64,000 nt of DNA from Myxococcota bacterium. GTDB lineage: Bacteria; Myxococcota_A; UBA9160; UBA6930. Shown here piece by piece: positions 38,847 through 48,671 of this stretch (position 1 is its first letter; each line of letters opens with the position of its first letter). The notes beneath the pieces were generated by a model. The model was not told the origin of the DNA, ran no database searches, and saw nothing but the letters and a program-made list of their open reading frames with translations. Where the stretch lies: assembly GCA_965223415.1 (NCBI GenBank), contig OZ245002.1, forward strand, positions 192,001 through 256,000, given 5' to 3'. Made by a program: the position numbers and the translations under genes.

Positions 38847-40010
38847 GTGGAGCCGGCGGCTCTCTGCGACCGCCACGGCTACCCGGCGCCGCTGGCCGAC
38901 GCGCTGGAGGAGCTCTCGGAGGCGGCGTCCGCCTGCCTGCCGGGCCTGCGAGCCGTGATCGTGTCCGGGAGTCTCGCGACGGGCGACTTCCTGTGGCGGC
39001 CGCGGGGCGACGCGGGCGGGGTCGAGCTGCTGTCGGACGTCGACGCCTTCGCCTTCGCCCCGCTCGGCGTGGCCGACGTGCCCGAGCTACGCCGGCGCCT
39101 GCGAAAGATCGAGGCTCGCACGGGATCGGTCCACTTCAAGATCGATCTCTCGGTTTCACCGCCCAGCGCGCTCGCCAGGATTCCCGCCACCTACCAGATG
39201 GCCGAAACGCGACGGGCGGGCTACGTGCTCGCAGGCGAGGACCTCCGGGCTGCATTCCCCGACCACTTCGACCCCCGCGCTTCCCGCCAGTCGTTCCTCG
39301 CCAATCTGTGGAAGCCGATCGCGGCATGGTGCGACCGCGAAGCGGACGGCGGCCTGGCCTTTTCCCTCGCCGCCTCGCGCCTGCTGGTGGACGTCGCGTT
39401 GCTGGCCGCCTCGGAGGATGGCCTGTGCCTCCCCGGCCACCGTGCTCGTTGTGAACGCTTCCTCGCAGGCGGCCCCCCCGAAAGCCTGGCCAGCGACGAG
39501 AGCCTGCGATGGGCCGTCGAGGCGGGCTGGGCGGCTCGCCTCGAGCCACCCGGGCAGGCCGGGAACCTCGAGCCGCTGCTGGCACCGACGGTGGCGCGCA
39601 CCGTGGCGCTCCTCGACGGCGGCGGGCCGCCGCCGGCCGATCCGGGCGCCGGGCTGGTCCGCCGCCTCGCCAGCTGGCTGCCTCCGCGCACGATGCGACG
39701 GCGCCTCGGAGAGCTGCGCACCGTGCTCCGCCGGCCCTCCCGCCCGGATCGGGACCTGCGATGGCTCCTCGACCGCAAGGAGGCGGTGGCAGGCGCCTGT
39801 CTGCTGGGTTGGCTCGTCTGGCTGGGCAGCGAGGGCGAGGGCCCGCCGCCGGCGGGGGTGGGCCATCTCCTCGCGACCCTGGCCCGACGACCCTCGACGC
39901 CGGGGCTGGACGCCGGGTTCCACGGGAAGGCGGCCCAACTCTATCGAGAGGCCTGGCGCGAGTACTCCCCTTCGGCGGCGAATACGATCGACGACCGGCG
40001 GGACGAGTGA
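38847..40010 (+). CDS. Hypothetical protein with an N-terminal Pol-beta-like nucleotidyltransferase motif
   Basis: VIVSGSLATGD...LLSDVD (hG[GS]...DxD) plus KIDL, followed by a helical C-terminal region. Start uncertain. Confidence 0.55.
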   Translation: MEPAALCDRHGYPAPLADALEELSEAASACLPGLRAVIVSGSLATGDFLWRPRGDAGGVELLSDVDAFAFAPLGVADVPELRRRLRKIEARTGSVHFKIDLSVSPPSALARIPATYQMAETRRAGYVLAGEDLRAAFPDHFDPRASRQSFLANLWKPIAAWCDREADGGLAFSLAASRLLVDVALLAASEDGLCLPGHRARCERFLAGGPPESLASDESLRWAVEAGWAARLEPPGQAGNLEPLLAPTVARTVALLDGGGPPPADPGAGLVRRLASWLPPRTMRRRLGELRTVLRRPSRPDRDLRWLLDRKEAVAGACLLGWLVWLGSEGEGPPPAGVGHLLATLARRPSTPGLDAGFHGKAAQLYREAWREYSPSAANTIDDRRDE

Positions 40011-40020
40011 ACCGCGTGCG

Positions 40021-40983
40021 TCAGGGCATCGACGGACATCGAACCCGCTCCCATTCGGACGCGAGTTCTTCGATCTCGTCCTGGGAGGCCGCCGACTTCC
40101 GCCGTGACGGCTCGAGTACCGGCAGAGGCGCCTTGGTGAGCCGCAGGGCTTCGCCGGTCCGGTCGAGGTAGAACCCTGCCACCTCGTCCAACATCTGGCC
40201 TGGCGATTCGCACATCTGGAGGTAGTCGACGACGAGTCTTCGCTCCGGCCCAACCGCTCGGATGTCCCGCTCGATGTCTTCTTCGATGTGGTGCACCTGG
40301 CCGACGATCTGGCGCGCCCAACCCTCGCGGCGAAGGTCCGCGATGGCACTCGGCATCGTCCACAGCCATTTGTCCCTGGAGCCCTTGACGGAACGCCGCG
40401 CCTCCAGGATCGAGACGGCCACATCCAGAAGATCCCGTCTCACCTGAATGAACAGCGCGTTGGGAAAGAGATCGGCCAAAGCCCGAATCCGGACGCTGTG
40501 TTTCGTGTTCTTCGAAACGAAGGGCTCCCCGACCATCTGCTCCAGAGCCGCGACGGTCCGGCGAATGAGTGCCTTCGTGGGAACGTCGAGGTAGCTCTCA
40601 TCGGTGTAGTTGAAGCGCTGCCGATCCTCGGTCGGAAACCACCGGTTCCAGACGGGTCCCCCTTCATTCGGAGCCTGGGGACCGACCTCGTAGCCGTATC
40701 GGCTCGCGAAGGAGGTCTCGTGGGGCCGCAGGACACGCCGGCCGAGGCGAGAGGCCAGAACCGGAGCGCCGCGCAGCCTGCAAGCGAAGTTGGTTAGGTA
40801 GGAGCAGCCGAAGTTCCTGGTCATGAGCTGGTAGAACAGCGTGGTTCCCGACCGCGGAGGTCCGATGATGAAGAGGGGTGCGTGCTCGAGCGTCTCGGGA
40901 ACCCCGGCCAGCATCTGTGGCTCAAGGAAGGAGCCGACCCGATTCAGGATCCCGACCGCACCCTCTGCGAACACCCGGACCAT
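40021..40983 (-). CDS. Sulfotransferase family protein (PAPS-dependent)
   Basis: 5'-PSB FIIGPPRSGTT, SKN, FPNALFIQVRRDLLDVAVS (R...S 3'-PB motif). Confidence 0.85.
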   Translation of the reverse strand: MVRVFAEGAVGILNRVGSFLEPQMLAGVPETLEHAPLFIIGPPRSGTTLFYQLMTRNFGCSYLTNFACRLRGAPVLASRLGRRVLRPHETSFASRYGYEVGPQAPNEGGPVWNRWFPTEDRQRFNYTDESYLDVPTKALIRRTVAALEQMVGEPFVSKNTKHSVRIRALADLFPNALFIQVRRDLLDVAVSILEARRSVKGSRDKWLWTMPSAIADLRREGWARQIVGQVHHIEEDIERDIRAVGPERRLVVDYLQMCESPGQMLDEVAGFYLDRTGEALRLTKAPLPVLEPSRRKSAASQDEIEELASEWERVRCPSMP

Positions 40984-41203
40984 GCTGCCACCTCACCCTG
41001 CCTCGGACCCAGGACGCCCGGGTTCCTCACCACCCCCGTAGTAGTGGTCGCCGCCGGGGCAAGATGTCATTGCCCGGGCGCGACGCGCCGCGGTGGGCGA
41101 CAAGAAGGGTCGGCGGGTTTCCCTTTGATCGCAAGGGGTTCGGTGACTCGGTGCACGTCCGCGCGAGGCCGCGCCAGCGGCGCGGGCCAGGGGGCCCCCT
41201 GGC

Positions 41204-42640
41204 TCAGGCGCCGACGCCTGGCCGACGCTGGCTCCGCAGGAAGCGCCAGACCCGCGTCGTCTCTCCGCTGGCGGTCAACAGGACCGGGTACACGACGAAG
41301 GGGACACCCAGCACCGCGAGCACCGGCCAGCCCGCGACTTCGGCCGCGATTCCCGCGCCGACAGCGCCTCCGAAGGACAGGGCGGTGGTGACCAGGACCC
41401 GGAAGATCGGGCCCATTCTCGCGAGGCCACCGAGCCCCGCCAGGTAGCTCGCCAGGAGGACTCCCTCGCTGATGAGGAGTGCCGCCAGTGCGCCGCCGAC
41501 GCCGAAAGCGGGAGCCGCGATCACTACCAACAGCGCTCGCACCGCGCTCCCGATCATGAGGCTTCGCGCTCGGTGGGCCTGGCGCCCGCACGCCGTTAGC
41601 AGGGTCGCCAGAGCTGCGGTGCCGAAGGTGATCCAGGCGTAGATGGCGCCCGCCCGAAAGAGAGGCGCCAACCCCTCGAAGTCCTCGCCGAAGATCCAGC
41701 GGAGGAGGAAGGACGCCAGGGCAAACAAACCGGTCGCAGCTGCGCCACCGGCTGTGAGCGAGAAGGTGAGCGCTTGGGGCGCGACCCACCCGAACTCCTC
41801 CCGACTCCGCGAGAAGACGCGCGACGCGGTCGGTAGGACGGCGTGCCCGGCCATCATGCTGAGGAAGCCCGTGAGCCGAAGCAGACGAGTGATGGCGGCG
41901 TACTCGCCCACAACCGCGAGAGGCAACATGACGGACATCAAGAGGATGTCCACGTGACTATGGACGGCACTCCCCAGGGCGGCAGCCGCGTATGGCATCG
42001 CGTCACGCAGGGTCGCGAAACGCGGCGGCCATCCCATGCGCAGTCGGGCGAAGCGGCTCGCGAAGCGCCGGCTCCACAAGAACTGACACGAGGCGGACGT
42101 CAGAGCCAGGATTCCGACGACGAGGAGAGGGGCTCCCTGGGAGATGAAGAGCGCCGCCCCGCCCGCGAAGAAGAGGCCGTGCAGAACATGGGAGATCCCT
42201 TCGAGGCCCAGGCGCTCTCGAGCCCGGCATATCGAGTGGTTCAAGTAGCTCCAGGACTGGGTAAGCGAGTTGAGGGACATCAGCACGGTCAGTACCAGAA
42301 CTTCGGCGGTGTACGGCAACGTCAGATAGAGGACCGCGAGGATCACGAGGAAGACCAGCGTGATCGGAACCTTGAGCGCCAGCGACCGCGCGTACTCGTC
42401 TCCCAGCTCTGCAGGACGCACGGCGCCTTCGCGCACGAGTCTCGGCGAGAGGCCCATGTCGGCGCCTAGCACGAAGTAGGAGGCGATGGCGGTCGCACTA
42501 GCGTAGGCCCCGAGGCCCTCCGCGCCGAAGGCCCGGGCGATGGTCGCGTTCAGCAGCAGGATGAAGATGCGGCTGACGAAGTTCGAGAGCGTGATCGCGC
42601 CGATGTTGCCCGCGATCCGTTGGAGGCCCGAGGTCGCCAA
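41204..42640 (-). CDS. Wzx-type flippase (MOP superfamily)
   Basis: About 12-14 TMs. ARAFGAEGLGAY, DMGLSPRLVRE, VDILLMS..VGEY. Confidence 0.85.
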   Translation of the reverse strand: MATSGLQRIAGNIGAITLSNFVSRIFILLLNATIARAFGAEGLGAYASATAIASYFVLGADMGLSPRLVREGAVRPAELGDEYARSLALKVPITLVFLVILAVLYLTLPYTAEVLVLTVLMSLNSLTQSWSYLNHSICRARERLGLEGISHVLHGLFFAGGAALFISQGAPLLVVGILALTSASCQFLWSRRFASRFARLRMGWPPRFATLRDAMPYAAAALGSAVHSHVDILLMSVMLPLAVVGEYAAITRLLRLTGFLSMMAGHAVLPTASRVFSRSREEFGWVAPQALTFSLTAGGAAATGLFALASFLLRWIFGEDFEGLAPLFRAGAIYAWITFGTAALATLLTACGRQAHRARSLMIGSAVRALLVVIAAPAFGVGGALAALLISEGVLLASYLAGLGGLARMGPIFRVLVTTALSFGGAVGAGIAAEVAGWPVLAVLGVPFVVYPVLLTASGETTRVWRFLRSQRRPGVGA

Positions 42641-42658
42641 GGTCCCTACCGAAGGCGC

Positions 42659-43951
42659 TCAGCCGCGGCCGAGCCGCAAGGCCCAGATCAGAACGGCAAG
42701 CCCACCGAGCGCACCGTAGACGGCGAGGAAGGCCATCCCGCTTCGGGGAAGGCGGCTGCCGTGGGCCGACAGCAGGAGGACGATCGGGAAGACCACCTCT
42801 CGATACCGGGTCACACTCGGATTCACGGCGCCGATCACCATCAGGAAGAGGGCCGGGTAGAGAATCAGCAACAGCCGGTCTCGCCGGTCTCGATCCCCGA
42901 GGATGTTGGCGACGGCCACGAGCAGAAAAGGGTAGAGGGCGAGAGAGAAGAGCTGCAGCCACGGGCCCACCAGGGTGGGAAGGTGCGGATCTGCGAGCTT
43001 CGGGGGAAACGGCGTCAGCAGCACCAGCGCACCACTCATCGGCGCCTTCCAGATCTCGGCGGGCGAGGAGATGTACGCGTAGCGCATCAGCCCGATGTAG
43101 CGGGATTCGAACTCCGCCTGGCGGACCTTTCCTTCGAATCGCTCCGTCGCGCTTCGGATGCTGATCCGCGAGTCCTCCGGTGCGACCACGGTCACCACTC
43201 CGAAGATCAGGACGGCGGGCACGAAGGCCGCAACAGCGGTGGCCAGGTTGCGCCGGATCAGCACCGCGCCGATCCCCATGATCAACAGGAATGGAAGGAT
43301 GAAGCCACTGCGAATGAAGTACAGCGGGATCAGGGGCACCACCGCGAGCAGCACGTTCTTTCCCCAGCCGGGATCGAGACGGATCGCCTTGGCCGCGTGG
43401 TAGAAGGCGAGCAGAGCGAGGAACTGGGCGATCGGGTCCTTGCGCTGCTCGAGGACCGTGAGCAGGGTGATCGGCAACGCGGCGGTGAGGAAGGTCCCGA
43501 TCCAGGCGGTTCGAGGCTCGAAGAAGAGCTTTCCGATCCGATAGACGTACAAGAGGCTCATCGAGCTGACGGCCACGTTCAACAGCCGCGGCAACATCGT
43601 GTTCGCGCCAAAGAACGAGTAGATGTAGGCGCAGATGATGTAGTAGCCGTTGGAGAGGATGCGCCAGCCGTAGTGCTGGTGAGCGAGGTCGTACTTGATC
43701 TCCGCGCTCATCTCGATCGCCCACTCGTGGTAGCGGAGCGGATCCGGGTATCCGAAGCCGCCGAGCCCTGACCACTGCAGGAGCCAGTAGTAGAGGGGAA
43801 CGAGCGCAGCCTTCACGACGAACGCGACCAGCGCGATCGGGAGGACCGCCCTACGATCCTCCGCCGGCCGGGGGAGATAGAAGACGACGACCGCGCCCAG
43901 TAGGATGAAGGCCGCCAGCAGCGAGGCGCCTACAGGCGTGGCTTCGATCAA
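42659..43951 (-). CDS. Polytopic GT-C-fold membrane protein, candidate Wzy polymerase
   Basis: About 10-11 TMs, periplasmic loop with D..Y, RLLN, RKD and RYR motifs. Directly upstream of the flippase. Confidence 0.55.
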   Translation of the reverse strand: MIEATPVGASLLAAFILLGAVVVFYLPRPAEDRRAVLPIALVAFVVKAALVPLYYWLLQWSGLGGFGYPDPLRYHEWAIEMSAEIKYDLAHQHYGWRILSNGYYIICAYIYSFFGANTMLPRLLNVAVSSMSLLYVYRIGKLFFEPRTAWIGTFLTAALPITLLTVLEQRKDPIAQFLALLAFYHAAKAIRLDPGWGKNVLLAVVPLIPLYFIRSGFILPFLLIMGIGAVLIRRNLATAVAAFVPAVLIFGVVTVVAPEDSRISIRSATERFEGKVRQAEFESRYIGLMRYAYISSPAEIWKAPMSGALVLLTPFPPKLADPHLPTLVGPWLQLFSLALYPFLLVAVANILGDRDRRDRLLLILYPALFLMVIGAVNPSVTRYREVVFPIVLLLSAHGSRLPRSGMAFLAVYGALGGLAVLIWALRLGRG

Positions 43952-43978
43952 GGGCCGTTGCTCTGGAAAGGGTCAGGC

Positions 43979-44815
43979 ATGTTCGGTTGGGACGTCGAGG
44001 TGAGCAGCGTAGCAACGCGTCTCGTGCTGCCGCTGGGCTTCGCCTGGGCGTGCATGCTCGCGGGTACGCTCGGCCGTCCGCGCTTCCCCCGTGCGGGCCT
44101 CCTGCTCGCCCTCATCGGCGTGACGACCCTCTACCTTGCGTCCCTCTCACCGGTCGCCGACTCGGTCCAGAGCCGGCTCGAGAGCGGGGTCCCAATCCTC
44201 CCTGTCGACCAGATCGAGCCCGCAGACGCCATCCTCGTCCTGGGAGGCGCCACCGAAGCGGCGCTGCCACCGCGGCGCTACGCGGACCTGGGCTCGGCCG
44301 CGGACCGGCTGGCCCACGCAGCCCGGCTCTACTGGGCAGGGCGGGCTCCCCGCATCATCTTGTCCGGTGGGAATCCAACCGCCGGGCCGGACCCGCGCTC
44401 CGAGGCGGCTGTGATGGCAGATCTACTGGCCGGCTGGGGGATCCCGGCGGCGGCCATGATGCTGGAGGAAGGGAGCCGCAACACGCGCGAGAACTGCGTG
44501 AGGGCAAAATCACTCGCCGACAGAGAGCAGTTCGCCGACATCCTGCTGGTAACGTCGGCCCTCCACATGCCGCGCGCGACGGCCACCTGTGCGACGGCCG
44601 GCTTGCGGGTGCGCGCGGCGCCGACGGATTTCGAGGGAGTCGATCGGCCGTTCCGCGGCGCCCTGGACCTGCTGCCGGATGCGGAAGCACTGGCGAGAAC
44701 CACCCGGGCGGTCTACGAGTGGATCGGGTACCGGGTCTACCGCTGGCGCGGGTGGATCGATCCGGCGAAGCTCCCCGCTCCCCGACCGGATGGCCCGCAG
44801 CCGTCCGGACGTTGA
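43979..44815 (+). CDS. YdcF/ElyC family protein (DUF218)
   Basis: AILVLGG, ADRL, ILSGG, SEA, SRNTREN, LVTSALHMPRA, YEWIG. Confidence 0.88.
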   Translation: MFGWDVEVSSVATRLVLPLGFAWACMLAGTLGRPRFPRAGLLLALIGVTTLYLASLSPVADSVQSRLESGVPILPVDQIEPADAILVLGGATEAALPPRRYADLGSAADRLAHAARLYWAGRAPRIILSGGNPTAGPDPRSEAAVMADLLAGWGIPAAAMMLEEGSRNTRENCVRAKSLADREQFADILLVTSALHMPRATATCATAGLRVRAAPTDFEGVDRPFRGALDLLPDAEALARTTRAVYEWIGYRVYRWRGWIDPAKLPAPRPDGPQPSGR

Positions 44816-46088
44816 CCGGGGGGCCGCCATTTCCGCCGATGATCGTCCGAGCACGGGCGTGCTCGCCCGGGTGCTGCGCAACGTCGGCCTCCTCACCGGC
44901 GCCCAGCTCGCCGCCCGCGTGCTCAACTTCGTGCTGCTCGCCGCCTTGGCGAGAATCGCAGGCAGCGACGGCGCTGGCGCCTACGCCACGGCAGTCTCCG
45001 TGGCCCTGGGCTTCCTGCTGCTATCGGACCTCGGCCTCAGCCCCCGCTTGATTCGCGAAGCCAGCGCGCGCCCGGACGAGGGGGGCGACCTGTATCGCGA
45101 GACGTTGGGGCTGAAGCTCCTACTTCTCGTACCAGCCGGGCTCGCGATCGGCGTGGGCGTCCTCTGGCTGCCGTACCCTGCGCAGGTTCGCGAGCTCGTC
45201 GGGCTGATGGGCGTCGCCGCCCTCCTCCAGTCCCTCGCCCAGGCGAACGAGGGCCTTCTACGCGCGCGGGAGCGCATGCAGTGGGAGGCGCTGGGCGGGC
45301 TGCTGCAATCGGGCCTCACGACGGGGCTCGCCGTCTGGTGGTTGGCGTCGGGGTGGGGGCTCTTGTGGGTAGGCGTTGCGCGTATTGTCGGCGTCGCGGC
45401 GCATCTGCTCCTGCTCTCGGCGGTCCTCCGCCAGGAGATCCGCTTCGCGCCTCCGGGGCCCGGAGCTCGCGCCTCCTTGAGGGCCGCCCTGCCCTATATG
45501 AGCACGGCTTCGATGAACCTCGCGTACGGGCAGATCGACATCGTGCTGCTCTCGCTCGTGGCGACCCAGAGCCAGGTCGGCGAGTACGCGTTGATCTCGC
45601 GAATCGTGTTGGTCGCGGGCACGTTCGCGTCGACCGGAGCTGCGGCCCTGCTTCCCACGCTGGCTCGCGCCTTCACGGAGGCGAAGGCCCGCTTTCGGCG
45701 GCTAGCGCTGGCCGTTCCCGCGACTGCAGCCGTCCTCGGCGGCTTCGGGACGGGCGGGCTGGCGATCCTCGGCGGCCCGGTTCTGACCCTGGCCTATGGA
45801 GACGAATTCGCTCCGCTGACACCGCTCTTCACCACGGCGACGGGCTACGTACTCCTGCGTTTCCTCACCGCGGCTCTGGGAGTGGTTCTCACGGCAGCGG
45901 GCCGACAAGCGACGCGTGCCCTCTGCATCTTCCTCGGCCTCATGGCAACCCTCGCGTTCATCCTGCTGTGGGTCCCGACGCACGGAGTCGCCGGCGCCGT
46001 CGACGCGCTCGTGGGAAGCGAGCTCGTACTGCTCGCGTGCCTCGCCGCTGCCGCCGCGCGCTTCGCTTCCGGGTGGAGCCGTTCCTAG
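44790..46088 (+). CDS. Second Wzx-type flippase, paralogue of 41204-42640
   Basis: DLGLSPRLIRE, RARERM..E, IDIVLLS..VGEYA, LTAAGRQ. Start uncertain (44790 or 44859). Confidence 0.82.
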   Translation: MARSRPDVDRGAAISADDRPSTGVLARVLRNVGLLTGAQLAARVLNFVLLAALARIAGSDGAGAYATAVSVALGFLLLSDLGLSPRLIREASARPDEGGDLYRETLGLKLLLLVPAGLAIGVGVLWLPYPAQVRELVGLMGVAALLQSLAQANEGLLRARERMQWEALGGLLQSGLTTGLAVWWLASGWGLLWVGVARIVGVAAHLLLLSAVLRQEIRFAPPGPGARASLRAALPYMSTASMNLAYGQIDIVLLSLVATQSQVGEYALISRIVLVAGTFASTGAAALLPTLARAFTEAKARFRRLALAVPATAAVLGGFGTGGLAILGGPVLTLAYGDEFAPLTPLFTTATGYVLLRFLTAALGVVLTAAGRQATRALCIFLGLMATLAFILLWVPTHGVAGAVDALVGSELVLLACLAAAAARFASGWSRS

Positions 46089-46137
46089 ACCGAAGGCTGG
46101 TTGTCAGCCCGGCAGCGACTTGGCACCCTTGCCTTCG

Positions 46138-47118
46138 ATGCGTGGGACCAGCGGTGCAGGGGCGAAGCCCGCTTGGCGGCTCGCCGCGGGTGCGGTGTTC
46201 GGCTTTCTCCTGGCCTGTGCGCAGGGCCCGCCGCCGGTGGAAGCCTCTGCCGCCGCGGATCCGGTGCACCGCGACGTCGCCGCGGCACCCGAGCGCTTCG
46301 ACTTCGTGCAGCTCGCCGATCCGCAGATTTCCAGGACGGAGACCGAGCGCGACCTCGAGAACCTCAAGCGGGCGGCCCGGCAGATCCGGGCCCTGGAGCC
46401 GAAGCCGGCCTTCGTGGTGATCTGTGGCGATCTCGTGGACGTGGGGAGCCCGGCGACGCGGGCGGCCTTCGATGAGGGGCTGGCTGCGTTCGACCTTCCG
46501 GTCCATCTCATTCCCGGAAACCATGACGTGATCGTGCCGCCCCGGGCGTCGAGCCTCGCCTCCTTTCGCAAACGACACGGAGGAGACACCTTCGCCTTCG
46601 AGCACGGCGGCTACTCCTTCATCGGCGTCAACAACCAGTTCTGGTTTCCGGAAGTCCGGGATGCGAAGGGCGCGCTCAAGGCGGCCATGTCGGCGGACGT
46701 CGCGCGGGAGGCCGACCTCCACGACGCCTGGTTCGAGGCACAGCTCACCGCCGCGTCCCGAGCGAAGAGGCCTGTCATCGTCGTCGGGCACTATCCCGTG
46801 TTCCTGGAAACGCCCGACGATCCGGTCTATTTCCGGGGTCTGATGCGGAATCTCCCTCCGGCCCGTCGCCGGCAGCTCTTTTCGCTCTTCCGCCGCCACG
46901 GCGTCGTCGCGTATCTCGCGGGCCACACGCACGCCAACTACGTCGCCGAACACGAAGGCGTGGCCTATGTCACGACCGCCCGGCCGGGGCCGAACATCGC
47001 CCGGGGGCGCAAGGAGAACGGCGACCTGCTGATCGACCCCCCCGGCTTCCGCGTGTGGAGCGTCCGCGGCGGAGCCGCTCTCGAGCATCGGTACGTGGTA
47101 CTCGAGGAAGACCGGTAG
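46138..47118 (+). CDS. Calcineurin-like metallophosphoesterase, probable lipoprotein
   Basis: LADPQ, GDLVD, PGNHD, GHYP, AGHTH. Lipobox-like FLLAC. Confidence 0.85.
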   Translation: MRGTSGAGAKPAWRLAAGAVFGFLLACAQGPPPVEASAAADPVHRDVAAAPERFDFVQLADPQISRTETERDLENLKRAARQIRALEPKPAFVVICGDLVDVGSPATRAAFDEGLAAFDLPVHLIPGNHDVIVPPRASSLASFRKRHGGDTFAFEHGGYSFIGVNNQFWFPEVRDAKGALKAAMSADVAREADLHDAWFEAQLTAASRAKRPVIVVGHYPVFLETPDDPVYFRGLMRNLPPARRRQLFSLFRRHGVVAYLAGHTHANYVAEHEGVAYVTTARPGPNIARGRKENGDLLIDPPGFRVWSVRGGAALEHRYVVLEEDR

Positions 47119-47122
47119 CTCC

Positions 47123-48034
47123 ATGCTCGATCGTCCGGTACTCGTGACGGGGACCCCCTGTGCAGGCAAGACCCGGGTCACCCTGTGCCTCGCGACTGCG
47201 CCCGAGTTCCTCTACGTGTACGAGCCGTTGATGATCTGGAACATCGGCAAGCGCGATCCGACCCTGGACACGCGAGACGCGGACGAGGCCGTCCCCGCGG
47301 TACGGGAGGCGATCGTCCGGGAGTGCAAGAAGCAGCTGGAGACGGCCGGAAAGACCCGCTACGTCGACGATCTCTCCTACCACGCGCTACGCCTCTCCTT
47401 CGTGATGGAGGTGCTGCCGAACGTCCGCATCATCCAGTGCGGCCGCAGCGTCGAGGACATCCTGCCCGAGATGGTCTGGGGATGGACCCACCGCTTCTCC
47501 CCGACTGAGATCCTGAGGAAGCGGCGCAAGGGCATCGTGCTGAGCTCGGTTCCGCGCCTGGCCTGGCGTTTCGCCCGGAATTACGTCTCGACGCGCCTCA
47601 CCGGCTCGTCCTTCCGGTGGGGCCCTCAGATGGAGGGCGTCGCGGAGTACGGCCGCCAGCATGGTCCGGTGGCGGGCGCCGCCTTTCAATGGTCGAAGAT
47701 GATGGAGCGGTTCACGGCGGACCTGGAGCTCGTGCCTGAGGATCGCAAGCTCTATGTCCGCTTCGAGGACATGCTCGCCGATCCCCAGACGCAGCTCGAC
47801 CGGATCGGCCGGTTCTGCGAGGTCGAGGATCTCGAGAACCTGAAGGAGCAGGGTGCGGCGATCCTCAACCCACGCCACCCGGGCCCCTGGGTGGACATCT
47901 CGCAGGAAGACTGGGATCGCGTTCGACCGATGATCGATCCCATTCACCAGCAGCAGGGTTACCCACCACTCCCCGAGGAAGCGCCTCGGTGCGCTCTCCG
48001 TCACCGCGAGGGCGATGGTGCGCCGTCCGCGTGA
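47123..48034 (+). CDS. Sulfotransferase-fold protein with atypical nucleotide-binding motifs
   Basis: Overall layout (YEP..IW, ALRL...LP..RII..GR, YVRFEDM..DP) is sulfotransferase-like, but the P-loop reads GTPCAGKT. Confidence 0.6.
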   Translation: MLDRPVLVTGTPCAGKTRVTLCLATAPEFLYVYEPLMIWNIGKRDPTLDTRDADEAVPAVREAIVRECKKQLETAGKTRYVDDLSYHALRLSFVMEVLPNVRIIQCGRSVEDILPEMVWGWTHRFSPTEILRKRRKGIVLSSVPRLAWRFARNYVSTRLTGSSFRWGPQMEGVAEYGRQHGPVAGAAFQWSKMMERFTADLELVPEDRKLYVRFEDMLADPQTQLDRIGRFCEVEDLENLKEQGAAILNPRHPGPWVDISQEDWDRVRPMIDPIHQQQGYPPLPEEAPRCALRHREGDGAPSA

Positions 48035-48671
48035 ACAGACGGAGCGTTGCCGAGGGCACACGGTGTTCGTGGTGGGGAACGACGGCTCCGGGAAGACGAC
48101 CTTCACCGAACGCCTCGCAGGAAAGGCCGCTGCCATGGGACTGCGCGTCCATCGCCGGCGCTACTACGGGAGTACGGTGCGCGTGGTCTTTCGCCGGCTG
48201 ATCGATACCTGGACCGACGCGTCGCGCAGGAAGACCGCGGCCTCCGCGGGGGGCGGGCCTCGGCCGCGAACGCGGAACGGCGCGCGGGCTCGAGTCCTGC
48301 TCGCCTTCCTGTGGCTGTATCAGACGGCCATCGGGCTCGAGACCCGGCTGCGTGATCTCCTCGACCGCTCCGACCTCCGGATCGTGGACCGGAGCTTCGT
48401 CGATGACCTGGTGAGCATCGGCGAGACCCTGAGGGTCGAGGTCCCGCCCTCCCTGCTGCGCTATTCCAGTCGCCTCTTCCCCGTCCGGCGGCTCTACTAC
48501 CTCTCCGCAGGCGACGCTGTCGAGTTTGCCCGCATCCTGGACGTGGATCTCAGCAAGGCCTTCCACCACGCCAAGGGAGAGCGCTATCGCGCCATGATCG
48601 CCCAGCTCGAGCCCTTCACGCCGGGACTTCGCCGGATTTCCACCGCGCCCCGCTCCGAGGCATCGGCATGA
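48015..48671 (+). CDS. P-loop kinase, thymidylate/NMP-kinase-like
   Basis: VVGNDGSGKTT and IVDRSFVDD (DR motif of dTMP-kinase-like proteins). Start uncertain (48015 or 48063). Confidence 0.7.
   Translation: MVRRPREQTERCRGHTVFVVGNDGSGKTTFTERLAGKAAAMGLRVHRRRYYGSTVRVVFRRLIDTWTDASRRKTAASAGGGPRPRTRNGARARVLLAFLWLYQTAIGLETRLRDLLDRSDLRIVDRSFVDDLVSIGETLRVEVPPSLLRYSSRLFPVRRLYYLSAGDAVEFARILDVDLSKAFHHAKGERYRAMIAQLEPFTPGLRRISTAPRSEASA

Noticed and set aside
38847..40010. MNT-HEPN toxin-antitoxin or CBASS-type nucleotidyltransferase
   Set aside because: No HEPN RxxxxH partner or CBASS effector adjacent. The neighbours are glycan genes.
41057..41075. GGGCAA-N7-TTGCCC inverted repeat upstream of the sulfotransferase
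   Set aside because: Only 6-bp arms, no U-tract and no second copy noticed. Cannot be distinguished from chance.
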